A stretch of DNA of 64,000 nt from an uncultured Anaerolineales bacterium (GTDB lineage Bacteria; Chloroflexota; Anaerolineae; Anaerolineales; E44-bin32), in the NCBI GenBank assembly GCA_965195195.1, contig CBDAFF010000016.1, forward strand, positions 16,980-80,979. The letters are read 5' to 3'. Below, one piece after another: positions 20,780 through 30,479 of the stretch (its first letter is position 1; each line of letters begins with the position of its first letter). The position numbers and the translations under genes are program-made. The notes beneath the pieces were generated by a model. That model was not told where the DNA came from and made no database searches. It was given only the letters and a program-made list of their open reading frames with translations.

Positions 20780-22255
20780 CTACTCGGGGAGCGTGTAGAT
20801 GATCTGGCTATCTGCGCGCGCACAACCCTTGCAGGCCGGGACGACCTTAGACCCTTTTGTAAGCGTCCCTTCGTAAGCGGTTCCACCATACTCCGCGACC
20901 CAGCCATCGAGAACAAACGCCAGCAGTCCTGCGGCGGGAATCCACTCCCCATTATAGCGACGGGCAACATGAATGTGCGTTCCAGTAGAAATCCCGCCCT
21001 CACAAGATGGGAAACCAAGAAGATCGCCCTTCTTAACCTTAACCCCCTCTGCGATTCTTCCTTCGGTAGCCACATGGAAAAAGAAGAGCACCCAGCCCGT
21101 ACGCTCGTCCCCATCCCCATCAAGATCAAGTATCACAGTCGCCTCCGCGCTGCGTGCAATCACACCATCAGCCGGCGCTGTGAACCACACCTTAGACTCC
21201 ACACAGCCGCTCTCCTCTGAAGGCGGGGCGAAATCGAGCGCGCCGAATGGCAAGCTCGTTCCCCAGGCAGGATGCGGTCCTCCGGTGAAATCCCATACGC
21301 TATTGGGCACAAAGGGCAGCCCAAGTTCAGGCTGCTGCAAACTGGCAGGGATGAGATCAATTTCTAATGCAAAGGGTTCTCCCCACAGCGCTAGATAGGT
21401 CTGGTAAAACCCTTCCGGGCTCACGGCCGCTTCGAACGCTTCTTTCCCGTATAAACCTGCGAAGAACTGGTAAAGGGCGACGGTGCCGGCGTTCTGCCAT
21501 GGGTCGGGCTGGACGACAAGGCCATCCGCCAGTTCGATCTCTTTTAAGGATCCCGCTCGCCAGCCGTAATATCCATCGTTAATGCGTTCCGCGGCCCAGA
21601 GCAATTGCCAGAACAAACCGCGGTAGCTGCGGTCTTGGACACCCATAGGGTAGATACGCTCATCAGCGTCCGGAAATGGCAGGCTCAAAGCCTGGCTCTG
21701 GTGCTCAAGCAATGCCAACAGCAGCCGGGGGTTAATCGAGTAGTTCAAGGAGATGATTTCGACAACCTGCCAGGCTTCCCGCTGCCGTTTATAGGCAAAG
21801 GTATCCAGGTCCGTGAGAAAACCAGCGCGCTTGAGAACCTCCGATCGCACATCGAAACTCACCGCGGATGGACCGTTCACAACTTCGCTGTCGGGGAGAA
21901 TTTGGAACGTCGATCCTGTAAGCGGTGAGTAATAGGCCGGAACAAGCAGCGGGTATCCGCTGGGGAGCGTAGTTATTGCATCGGGGAGATCCGGATTTTC
22001 TGCCCGGATTTCATCCTCGGTTGTGTTGAAATGGGAGGCGATCGCTGGTAAGGTGTCTCCGCTCTGGGCGAGGTACTCAAATATCTGGCCCGGCAAATGC
22101 GGCCCCCGCGTGGGCAAAGGGGTTGCACTGACCACCAGAACGGGTTCTTCAGGCGTCACAGTCGTACTGGCAGCGGGATTGGCTGGGAGGCATGCGCCCA
22201 TGAGCATTCCTGCGCAGACCAGCAGCGCCGTAATCAGGGAAAGATGCTTATTCAT
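20780..22255 (-). CDS. LysM + M23 (LasA/M23A-like) peptidase lipoprotein, paralog 1
   Basis: Lipobox LMGAC. LysM segment YLAQSGDTLPAIASHFN. GGPH-x12-D(ALDF) and SCEGGISTGTHIHVAR are present. ATG 22255 overlaps the stop of paralog 2 (ATGA). Confidence 0.75.
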   Translation of the reverse strand: MNKHLSLITALLVCAGMLMGACLPANPAASTTVTPEEPVLVVSATPLPTRGPHLPGQIFEYLAQSGDTLPAIASHFNTTEDEIRAENPDLPDAITTLPSGYPLLVPAYYSPLTGSTFQILPDSEVVNGPSAVSFDVRSEVLKRAGFLTDLDTFAYKRQREAWQVVEIISLNYSINPRLLLALLEHQSQALSLPFPDADERIYPMGVQDRSYRGLFWQLLWAAERINDGYYGWRAGSLKEIELADGLVVQPDPWQNAGTVALYQFFAGLYGKEAFEAAVSPEGFYQTYLALWGEPFALEIDLIPASLQQPELGLPFVPNSVWDFTGGPHPAWGTSLPFGALDFAPPSEESGCVESKVWFTAPADGVIARSAEATVILDLDGDGDERTGWVLFFFHVATEGRIAEGVKVKKGDLLGFPSCEGGISTGTHIHVARRYNGEWIPAAGLLAFVLDGWVAEYGGTAYEGTLTKGSKVVPACKGCARADSQIIYTLPE

Positions 22256-23865
22256 CGCGTGATCAGAGACTCCTGGGAAGCGCAAGAGCACGCCAAGACC
22301 TCTTGACCATCCTTCACAAGAGCACCTTGATAGGGTTTGGAGCCGGCCCGCGCGATCCATCCATCCATGTTAAAGGGGAGAGGACCATCCGCCAGAATCC
22401 ACTCGCCGTTGTACATGCGGGCGATATGGATGTGCGTCCCTGTGGCGATTCCCCCCTCGCAGGATGGGTGTCCGATACGGTCACCTTCGTCGAGCAAACT
22501 TCCGACGGGAACTCGATCCTTATGATCAACATGCAGGTAGAGCAGTGCCCACCCGCTGTGTGCACGCCCATCTCCATCGAGGTCGAGAACCACAGTTCCG
22601 TTATCAGATCGCATGACGATGCCCGGCGCAGCGGCGACCACCCATTCTTCCGACAACACACACCCCGAAACACTTGAAGCGGGGGCGAAATCCAGTGCCG
22701 CCCAGGCGCTCTCACGCTCCCAGGCTCCATGCGGTCCGCCCGTATAAGCCCAAATCTTACCGAGTTCGAAGGGCAGGATAAGGTCTGGTTGTTCAACCCC
22801 TGGTTCAAACAACGGATACTCATACGCCCAGGGATCCCCGAATAGATCCTCATACACTCGCAAGAACCCTTCCTGGCTGATTGCTCCCTCCCAAACCTGC
22901 TGAGTATGGCCGATGGAGAAGAAATGCTGAAGAGCGACTGTGCCCGCGTTCAGGTCAGGTGCCAGTCGCAGCGAACCAGCATTCCAGAAGTGGACATCTG
23001 TGAGTGTCCCAGCCCTCCAGCCGTAGTAGCCATTCCCGAGTTCGTTAGCCAACCATGTGAGTTGTCGATACAAACCCGGGATTTGCTCCTCCTCATATCC
23101 CAATGGATAGTTGAAGGCATCACCATCTGGAACAGCCGGGTCCGTTACCCAGCCAGCGATATACTCGACCATCGCCAGGAGCAAACGAGGGTTGATGGAG
23201 TTGTTGAGCGCTACTCGCTCCACAATTTCAGCACCCGATAGCCATTGTGTGCCGACGGTCTGGCGGTATGAGTGTAGATAACCATTCTGAGCCGCCGCGA
23301 ATTCCACAGCGTTAAAGTCCGATGCGTGAGGTGAGAAAACGAGTTCGCTATCAGGAATCAATCGCTCATCAGGTCCAATAGTGGTCAACCTGCGGGGAAT
23401 CATCAGCAGCTGCCCGGGATCGATCAAGCCTGGATTAACAGGGAGAGGGTCCGGGGATTCAACCTCGACTGGCAAGACGCCAAAACGCACAGCTACGGAA
23501 TGTATGCTGTCGCCGGGTTGAGCTTCATAGAGCAGCAACTCCGGTTCTTCCATACTCATCGTAGTCGGTGTAGCCGGGAAAGTTGGGGAAGCAAGCGGCT
23601 CCGGTCGCGCCGGGGTATCCGTGGCCAAAGGAATTGGCGTAAAGATAATTTCCGATGGCTCTGCTGATGGCGGCGCCGGGGACGTAGGAGAGGGCAGCCC
23701 TCCTGAGCCAGTCCCCCCCGGCGGGGGAACATCTGCTCGCGAACATGCAAGTGTTGCTAAAATCAGCGCGGCGAGAGGCAGCCAGCGTCTCCACCGTCTG
23801 GTGGTCCGACTGGCTTCGAAATTACCCTCAACGCGAAATTTGATTGAATTCATTACGGCATGCAC
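22252..23865 (-). CDS. LysM + M23 (LasA/M23A-like) peptidase lipoprotein, paralog 2
   Basis: Lipobox LATLAC. LysM segment YEAQPGDSIHSVAVRFG. GGPH-x12-D and SCEGGIATGTHIHIAR are present. The start is uncertain (23865 or 23853) and overlaps the end of paralog 3. Confidence 0.75.
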   Translation of the reverse strand: MHAVMNSIKFRVEGNFEASRTTRRWRRWLPLAALILATLACSRADVPPPGGTGSGGLPSPTSPAPPSAEPSEIIFTPIPLATDTPARPEPLASPTFPATPTTMSMEEPELLLYEAQPGDSIHSVAVRFGVLPVEVESPDPLPVNPGLIDPGQLLMIPRRLTTIGPDERLIPDSELVFSPHASDFNAVEFAAAQNGYLHSYRQTVGTQWLSGAEIVERVALNNSINPRLLLAMVEYIAGWVTDPAVPDGDAFNYPLGYEEEQIPGLYRQLTWLANELGNGYYGWRAGTLTDVHFWNAGSLRLAPDLNAGTVALQHFFSIGHTQQVWEGAISQEGFLRVYEDLFGDPWAYEYPLFEPGVEQPDLILPFELGKIWAYTGGPHGAWERESAWAALDFAPASSVSGCVLSEEWVVAAAPGIVMRSDNGTVVLDLDGDGRAHSGWALLYLHVDHKDRVPVGSLLDEGDRIGHPSCEGGIATGTHIHIARMYNGEWILADGPLPFNMDGWIARAGSKPYQGALVKDGQEVLACSCASQESLITR

Positions 23866-25390
23866 ACGCTTCTAATACGACAGAATCCTTGCTAAGATAG
23901 CCATCATAAGGCCACTCAGCGCCGGACGAAACCCAGCCATCCATCTCAAACGGGATCGGACCATCAGCGGGAATCCACTCGCCATTATACTTCCGAGCGA
24001 GGTGCAGATGCGTTCCAGTCGTTACCCCACCCTCACACGAAGCGTGCCCAATCAGATCTCCGGCTTGCAGAACCGTACCGGCTTCCACACGATGACGCGA
24101 TTCGACATGCATATACAGCAAAACCCACCCCGTCTGCTCATAACCATCCCCATCCAGGTCGAGTAATACCTCCCCATTCTCCGCACGCACAACCAACGCA
24201 TCGGCGGCGGCGACAACCCACTCATTGGAAATGACGCAGCCGAACGCATTCCCGGGCGGGGCGAAGTCAAGAGCCGCCCATCCGGCGTAATCCCCCCAGG
24301 CACTGTGCGGTCCGCCAGTGAACGACCAGACGAATCCATCTTCAATCGGAAGCTGCAGGATCGGCTGCTTCAAATCCGCGGGCTGCAAAGGCTCGACACG
24401 CCGTTCAAATGGATCGCCAAAGAGGTCAGCATAGGTGAGGGCAAATCCAGCTTCACCCACGACCTGCCTCCATGCGTCCGCGGGGTATAGTTGGGAGAAA
24501 AGCATCTGTACACCTGCAGTGCCGGCATTGATCCCCAACCCGGGGTTGATCACATAACCGTCCGTCAGAATAAATGGGCCCGACCAATCCGCCCTCCAGC
24601 GATAAAAACCGAGATTTAACTGATCGGCCGCCCATGATAGCTGCGGGAAGAGACCCTCCCAGCTGTAGGCGACATACCCCATCGGGTATAACCGGCTTTG
24701 CGGCGATGGTTCTAGTTGGGTGAGCCACCCACCTTGATATTCCAGGAGACCTAACAACAGAAGCGGGTTCACCGAATAGCGCCGAGCGACTAGATGGATG
24801 ATGCCCGCGCCGCTCATCTCCTCACCCTCCACTTCCTCCATATAACCCCGCAAGTATCCATACCAATGGTCCACCACGGAGTAGATATCCACATAAATAT
24901 TCGCGGGACCAAATACCAATTCGGAATCGGGGAGTATCTTGTGGGACGGTCCCGGCGGCTGCGGCTGCGGCGCGGGGATATACAACGCCTGCCAAACACT
25001 CAATATATCTGGGTTGAGAATCGCATTCGCCTGGACGATCTGGTTAGCGGACACACCAAACCGGATCGCTATCGAATTGAGCGAATCACCGGGTTGGACG
25101 ATGTAGCTCTCCGCTTCAGTCCGAAGTTGCGGAGGCTCACGAAACGGATCCGGTGTGGGGGTGCCAAGAACCGCCATTGGCAGGGATGGCATGTTCTGAT
25201 TCTCATCTGGACTCAACTGTGATGACTCGCTTTCATCTTGTGAAGCCGGCAGTATTCCCAGCCACGGTTCAATTAAGCGCGTCGTAGGAGTGGGGGTTGG
25301 AGAGACACCGCAGCCCGCAAGAACAATAACAAGAAGCAAGGCGACGGCAATAGCTCGATCTTTCGGTGAAAATAACGCAAGGTTTGACAT
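23828..25390 (-). CDS. LysM + M23 (LasA/M23A-like) peptidase lipoprotein, paralog 3
   Basis: Lipobox VLAGC. LysM segment YIVQPGDSLNSIAIRFG. GGPH-x12-D and SCEGGVTTGTHLHLAR are present. Confidence 0.75.
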   Translation of the reverse strand: MSNLALFSPKDRAIAVALLLVIVLAGCGVSPTPTPTTRLIEPWLGILPASQDESESSQLSPDENQNMPSLPMAVLGTPTPDPFREPPQLRTEAESYIVQPGDSLNSIAIRFGVSANQIVQANAILNPDILSVWQALYIPAPQPQPPGPSHKILPDSELVFGPANIYVDIYSVVDHWYGYLRGYMEEVEGEEMSGAGIIHLVARRYSVNPLLLLGLLEYQGGWLTQLEPSPQSRLYPMGYVAYSWEGLFPQLSWAADQLNLGFYRWRADWSGPFILTDGYVINPGLGINAGTAGVQMLFSQLYPADAWRQVVGEAGFALTYADLFGDPFERRVEPLQPADLKQPILQLPIEDGFVWSFTGGPHSAWGDYAGWAALDFAPPGNAFGCVISNEWVVAAADALVVRAENGEVLLDLDGDGYEQTGWVLLYMHVESRHRVEAGTVLQAGDLIGHASCEGGVTTGTHLHLARKYNGEWIPADGPIPFEMDGWVSSGAEWPYDGYLSKDSVVLEACACRNEFNQISR

Positions 25391-25514
25391 AAGGGTTGAT
25401 GTTAAACAAAAAGGTAAAAACTATCCTCTTCCCAGGTTAGGAGCATTTTCGGCGTTGCCGTAATAAAACTCGCTTTATCCGGTTCAAGAATCATGCCAGC
25501 CCGGTTGTCAACCC

Positions 25515-26027
25515 TTATTCCAAGGAAAGGCATTTCTGCATCAAATGTACAGGCTCATCTACGTGCTGTATCCGACCGCGATCGTCGACGTATGACCATC
25601 GGCCAGGATCCTCTGTGAAGATCGAGTAACCCAAACTTTGATAGAGCCGCACAGCGTCATGATTGTCTTTTGCGACCGAGATGATCGAACGGTGATAGGC
25701 GCGGTTGAGAAGGATCGACTCCGCGTGATGGACCAACGAAGTGCCGATCCCCTGCTTCCTGAATTGCGGTTTGACCCGGAAGGAATGAAGGTAGCCAGCT
25801 TGTTCGCCAGGAAAGTGACGGCTCCACGATGGGCGAAAGTAAATAAATATTTGACCGATGATTTCACCCTCGACCTCTGCTACAAGCAGAACCCGATTTC
25901 CGCGTTTGGAATCCCGCATCGCATGGCTATACATCCGCCGATAGTGTGAATACTCCCCATCCCATTCAAGCGCCAATAAGTCGGCATCCGTCGCATGCCG
26001 AATCAGGACCGCAGTTCGATCAACCAT
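25515..26027 (-). CDS. GNAT family N-acetyltransferase
   Basis: The acetyl-CoA motif is FRVKPQFRKQGIGTSLV. The start overlaps the upstream gene by 8 nt. Confidence 0.8.
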   Translation of the reverse strand: MVDRTAVLIRHATDADLLALEWDGEYSHYRRMYSHAMRDSKRGNRVLLVAEVEGEIIGQIFIYFRPSWSRHFPGEQAGYLHSFRVKPQFRKQGIGTSLVHHAESILLNRAYHRSIISVAKDNHDAVRLYQSLGYSIFTEDPGRWSYVDDRGRIQHVDEPVHLMQKCLSLE

Positions 26028-28650
26028 TCGCGAGGGCTTCCTTCACCATGTTCTCCAAGAGCGCTTGCTCCTGCACCCCATCCCGGATTTCGTCATCCAG
26101 CCAGGCAGCTCGCAACTTCCACAGAATCTCACCGTAGATCGGTCCCTGCGGCAATCCCATTGCACGCAAGGCCTCCCCATCCGCTTCCGGTTGGATAAAG
26201 CGCCATTTACCAAGGTATTTTTCAAGGATTTGACAGATCTCTGGTCGATCATTCAACGCCATGCAGGAAGTGATGAGCACTCGCTCTTGTACATCATCCA
26301 GTCTGGCGACGACCATGCTCGGCGCTGTGGTCGTCGTCAGAGATTGCAGGAAATGGTTGAGTTTAACGGTTTCGAGAATATCACGCAGAACCGCGGCGGG
26401 AAACCGCAGCCGGTGCCCAACCCCCTCGGCCTCCTGGGGAGTCAAGCGGAAAAGCCATATGGCGTAATAAAGAAAATCTCGTTCAGGAGATTCCTCAAGA
26501 CGCCATGAATCGGGCGGCTCGAAGGATTTAATTGCTTCAATGCGCGTTTCAAGCCATGGATCCCATCCTAATGCCGTGTGTATCGCTTCAAGCAAACCCA
26601 GCGTTTGAAGCCGCGCCATGATCCCGGCGAATTTGGGCTCATTGAAAATCGTGTCGAACTCGCTGCGTATACGTTCACCGCTTACACGATCCAACAACGA
26701 AATCGCCTCGTTAAGCAACTCCAATGTGCGCTCTTCAATCTGAAAATCGAACCTCTGCTCCAGTCGGACAGCTCGTAATATTCTTGTTGGGTCATCCATG
26801 AAGCTCAGGGAATGCAGGACGCGGATCTTCTGATTCCGCAAATCCCGGCCGCCACCCCAATGGTCGAGCAGTTGACCGTAATAACGACCATCCAGTCGCA
26901 GCGCGAGGGTGTTAATCGTAAAATCACGGCGATGCAGGTCGAGCTTGATACTCCCACGCTGGACTGAAGGCAACGCGGTAGGGTGAGTGTAGAACTCCGT
27001 ACGGGCGCTGACGAAGTCTAAATATTCAGGAAGCGAATTGGCCTCGAGCGATTCGCTTTCCAGCGCCGTGCAAAACTGCTTGTTCCCAAGATCAAGCTGC
27101 CATTTCGCCGTTCCAAAACGCTGATGGCTGCTCTTGCGACCACCATAGGCTGCAGCCAGACTCCGCGCCAGACCTATCGCATCCCCCTCCACGACGATGT
27201 CATAATCCGCACTCGGTGCATTGAGGATCAGATCGCGGACGAAACCGCCTACGATGTAGAGAGCATCGCCGCGCTCTTCCGCCTCACGTGCGACGAGCCG
27301 TAGCAGCGCCAGCCGCGATCCGGTAAGCGCCTCTTCTAATTCCCCTGCCAGGTTGGGTTTGTATTCTCTTTCTAATCCCTTCCCCAGGGAATTCAATAGA
27401 TCGGTGCGTGTGACAATCCCAACAATCTCGCCTGAGTCCGGATCAACGACCGGAACCTGACCCCAGCCGTGCTCGATCATCACTTTCTGCAAATGATTAA
27501 CCGAGTCATCCATGCGGACCACAAGATCGCCTGATTCCATAATACGCGAGACCGGTTGGCTGCCCATGCCATGTGAGAGCGCCCGGTCAACCGCCCGGCG
27601 GGTGAGTAAACCGCACACACGCCCGCTCTTCACAATTGGGTAACCCTCGTGACCAAATCGCTGCATACGCTCGCCCACGTCTGAGATCTTCACATCCGGA
27701 CTGAGCAGCTGAGGATCACGCGACATAATCTCCCCGACTGTGGGTGCGGGCTCGATGGAAGAACCGAGAAACTCGATGAGTTCATCACGCACTTGTGCGC
27801 TACTCCGTTCACGGATTAACGCCGCGGCTGCCCGGGCGTGCCCGCCGCCGCCGAAGTGCTCTGCGACTGCTCCCACATCCAGCTCGTCTGTCGTCGAGCG
27901 AGCAACAAGCTGAACGCTTCCGTTCAATCCCACCAGAACAAACAAGCCATCAGGGTCAAATACATCCCGGAGCTTATGGGCAAGCGTTGAAATCTCCTCC
28001 ACTAAACCGCGCACTTCACCACAGGCCAAAATGATCGAGAGACCGTGATACTCATGGGTCTCGATATTTTCCAGCAGACGATCGTAGAGATCGCGCTGTC
28101 CATTCGAGAGCGGGTGATTCAAGAACTCGCCAACCAGATTGAGATCCGCCCCCCGCTCCAGCAGCCAGGCGCTGGCGCGCACATCCCTTGGTGTTGTACT
28201 GGCATAAGAGAGACTGCCGGTGTCCTCGTAAATACCGAGCAGCAGCAGAGTTGCCTGAACAGGTGAGAGATTCCTGCCTACTTCCTGGATCTCCTTCACG
28301 AGCAATGTCGCTGTTGCCCCTACTTCCTCAATATGGGCTGTCCAGGTGGGGTCCATGTCGTCGCTAGGTGGATGGTGATCGATCAGGTGGACCTTAGTAT
28401 CCGCACGCACGCCCTTGATCGACGGCGATGATTGCGTATCGACGACTGTTAGCCGCTCGACGCGGCTGCGCGGCAGTTCATCGAATTCCACAAACGGTAG
28501 ATGGTCACCATACAGCGTGACAAACGCCCGGACATTGCGGTTTACACGCCTGGGCAGAACGGGCATCGCCTCGGGATCCAGCAACTGGACACCGAGTAAG
28601 CTGGCAACAGCGTCGAAGTCGGCCTGCTCATGCGTACAAACGAGATGCAT
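26020..28650 (-). CDS. DHH/DHHA1 + tandem CBS + tRNA nucleotidyltransferase (CCA-adding / poly(A) polymerase family) fusion protein
   Basis: DHH motifs are HEQADFDAVAS and IDHHPP, with DHHA1 GGGGHARAAAA. CBS-like repeats follow. The NTase head carries LYIVGGFVRDLIL...DYDIVVEGD and HRRDFTINTLA. Confidence 0.8.
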   Translation of the reverse strand: MHLVCTHEQADFDAVASLLGVQLLDPEAMPVLPRRVNRNVRAFVTLYGDHLPFVEFDELPRSRVERLTVVDTQSSPSIKGVRADTKVHLIDHHPPSDDMDPTWTAHIEEVGATATLLVKEIQEVGRNLSPVQATLLLLGIYEDTGSLSYASTTPRDVRASAWLLERGADLNLVGEFLNHPLSNGQRDLYDRLLENIETHEYHGLSIILACGEVRGLVEEISTLAHKLRDVFDPDGLFVLVGLNGSVQLVARSTTDELDVGAVAEHFGGGGHARAAAALIRERSSAQVRDELIEFLGSSIEPAPTVGEIMSRDPQLLSPDVKISDVGERMQRFGHEGYPIVKSGRVCGLLTRRAVDRALSHGMGSQPVSRIMESGDLVVRMDDSVNHLQKVMIEHGWGQVPVVDPDSGEIVGIVTRTDLLNSLGKGLEREYKPNLAGELEEALTGSRLALLRLVAREAEERGDALYIVGGFVRDLILNAPSADYDIVVEGDAIGLARSLAAAYGGRKSSHQRFGTAKWQLDLGNKQFCTALESESLEANSLPEYLDFVSARTEFYTHPTALPSVQRGSIKLDLHRRDFTINTLALRLDGRYYGQLLDHWGGGRDLRNQKIRVLHSLSFMDDPTRILRAVRLEQRFDFQIEERTLELLNEAISLLDRVSGERIRSEFDTIFNEPKFAGIMARLQTLGLLEAIHTALGWDPWLETRIEAIKSFEPPDSWRLEESPERDFLYYAIWLFRLTPQEAEGVGHRLRFPAAVLRDILETVKLNHFLQSLTTTTAPSMVVARLDDVQERVLITSCMALNDRPEICQILEKYLGKWRFIQPEADGEALRAMGLPQGPIYGEILWKLRAAWLDDEIRDGVQEQALLENMVKEALANG

Positions 28651-28892
28651 TGCCTGAATTTCCTTCCGAAATTTCTACCCAGATCTTGAAATATGATGCG
28701 TTAATATCTATTGGGATTATACAACGGGGTAACCCTGGTGCGCTTGGATTCCTGGAAGGGGACCTGCCCAGGGAAGAACCATTCTTAAGCATGTCATTTC
28801 GAACCCCTGAAAGGGGATGAGAAATCCCTGAGACGACTCAATATTTAGATCAAGGATCTAGGAGAGGGGGAATCTATACGTTCCCCCCTGGA

Positions 28893-30233
28893 TTATCCAC
28901 CGCCCGGCGGTTGAACTTGCTCCATCAGGTCAATAAGATTCTGTGCAGCCACATCAGGTTCAACCCCCTGGAAAATAACATCTTCGACAGCATTCTCAAT
29001 CGGCTTAATGTGATCATCCGAATCGATCCACAGTGACAGCGGTACACCGGAGCGCAGCATCGAAGCTATCTCAATCATGTTTGAATCGATAGTTTCAACC
29101 GTCGTATCGACCGTGATGTGGGCCGCGCCTTGAAAATCGCTCAGTCGAGCCTGCGCCTCAGCGCTGTAAATATGCTCCACAAAAGCCCATGTTGACTCGA
29201 GATTCTGCGCAGGTATCCCATTCGACAAGTAGATATTTTCAGTCCAGACCAGGCTTTGCAAGGGCCGGTCAGCAGGCTCATAGAGCGGCCAGGGATCAAC
29301 CTTAAGATTCGTGACCCCTAGCGCATGCGCAAGTTCACCAATACGTGACGATTCTTCAACGAGCCAGGCAGACTCGCCAGCTAAAAATCTCGAGAGATCC
29401 TCATCCGAATTCATGACCGCAGGTCCGACTGCTCGAAGGTCGCTCATCACTTCCAGCCAACAAATCCCCTGCGGCAGTTCCAGGGCGATTTCACCTTGTG
29501 CTCCAATGAACGATCCATCACAAATCGAAAGCTGGGGCGCGGAAAAATCAAAACCGAAATCCAGCACGGTAGCCGTCTGATCACCATCGTGCTGATTGAG
29601 ACCTGCCTCGATCCAACGTTCAACCGTTCGCGGCGCCTCCGCCGCTCTAGACCTGTTCCGGAAGAGGACCACGCCCTGAAATTCAAGCGGGAGTCCGAGC
29701 ATGTGGCGATCGTAGATTACCTGTGTCCACGCTGTCGGATGGATCCTTCGTTCAAGTTCGGCGCTAACCATCGAAGATGGATCCAGGATCATCTCACCTT
29801 CATAGAGGCGCGGACCCCATAGTGAGGGCCCGAAGATGATCGTCGGCGGCGTACCCGCGCGGCTTGCATCTTCGAATGCGCTTAATAATTCGTCCGTCGG
29901 ATAATAGGAGAGTGAAAAATCGACCGTCGGGTACTCTCGCGAGAATGACTGGATAATCTCCTGGAGAGCCTCCATCTCCTCTGGTGCCCAGTCCAGCCAA
30001 ATAATAATCTCGCCGGTGCTCTCATGCGTGGGCTCTGCTATCTGCGTCGGGGTTGACGCCGCTGTGGGTGTGAGGCTATCTGGCATTTTCGTTGGAATGC
30101 TTGAAAAATCAGAATCCGATTGACACGCCGATAGCCCAATTACGGTCAGGCACAACGCAACACAGACCGCCATCAATCTTTGGATAGAATGCCAGGTTGG
30201 TTGTTTCGTATCAGGTCGCATAAGTAGAGCCAT
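28893..30233 (-). CDS. Extracellular solute-binding lipoprotein (ABC SBP family 1-like), orphan
   Basis: Lipobox GLSAC. The N-terminal beta-alpha start (EIIIWLDWAPEEMEALQEIIQSFSREYP) is typical of sugar-type SBPs. The start is ambiguous (30290/30233/30173). There are no permease or ATPase genes nearby. Confidence 0.6.
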   Translation of the reverse strand: MALLMRPDTKQPTWHSIQRLMAVCVALCLTVIGLSACQSDSDFSSIPTKMPDSLTPTAASTPTQIAEPTHESTGEIIIWLDWAPEEMEALQEIIQSFSREYPTVDFSLSYYPTDELLSAFEDASRAGTPPTIIFGPSLWGPRLYEGEMILDPSSMVSAELERRIHPTAWTQVIYDRHMLGLPLEFQGVVLFRNRSRAAEAPRTVERWIEAGLNQHDGDQTATVLDFGFDFSAPQLSICDGSFIGAQGEIALELPQGICWLEVMSDLRAVGPAVMNSDEDLSRFLAGESAWLVEESSRIGELAHALGVTNLKVDPWPLYEPADRPLQSLVWTENIYLSNGIPAQNLESTWAFVEHIYSAEAQARLSDFQGAAHITVDTTVETIDSNMIEIASMLRSGVPLSLWIDSDDHIKPIENAVEDVIFQGVEPDVAAQNLIDLMEQVQPPGGG

Positions 30234-30479
30234 GTCATTTCTCGAGAGGGTTTTAGAGCCCTGGCTTGCCGGTTGGACCTCCACGCACATCCATACCGAC
30301 TGAGTCTAACATAAGATTACTGCTGACTCTAATGAGGACGCAGCTACAAAGGCATATGCACCAATGCTAGGTAGAATACGCCATCAATGACCCGTAAGAC
30401 ACACCCAGGAGAGATGCAAATCCTCCCCATCATTCACACCCATGCAAACAGGTGAGGCAATGAGGCTATAATCAGCAGC

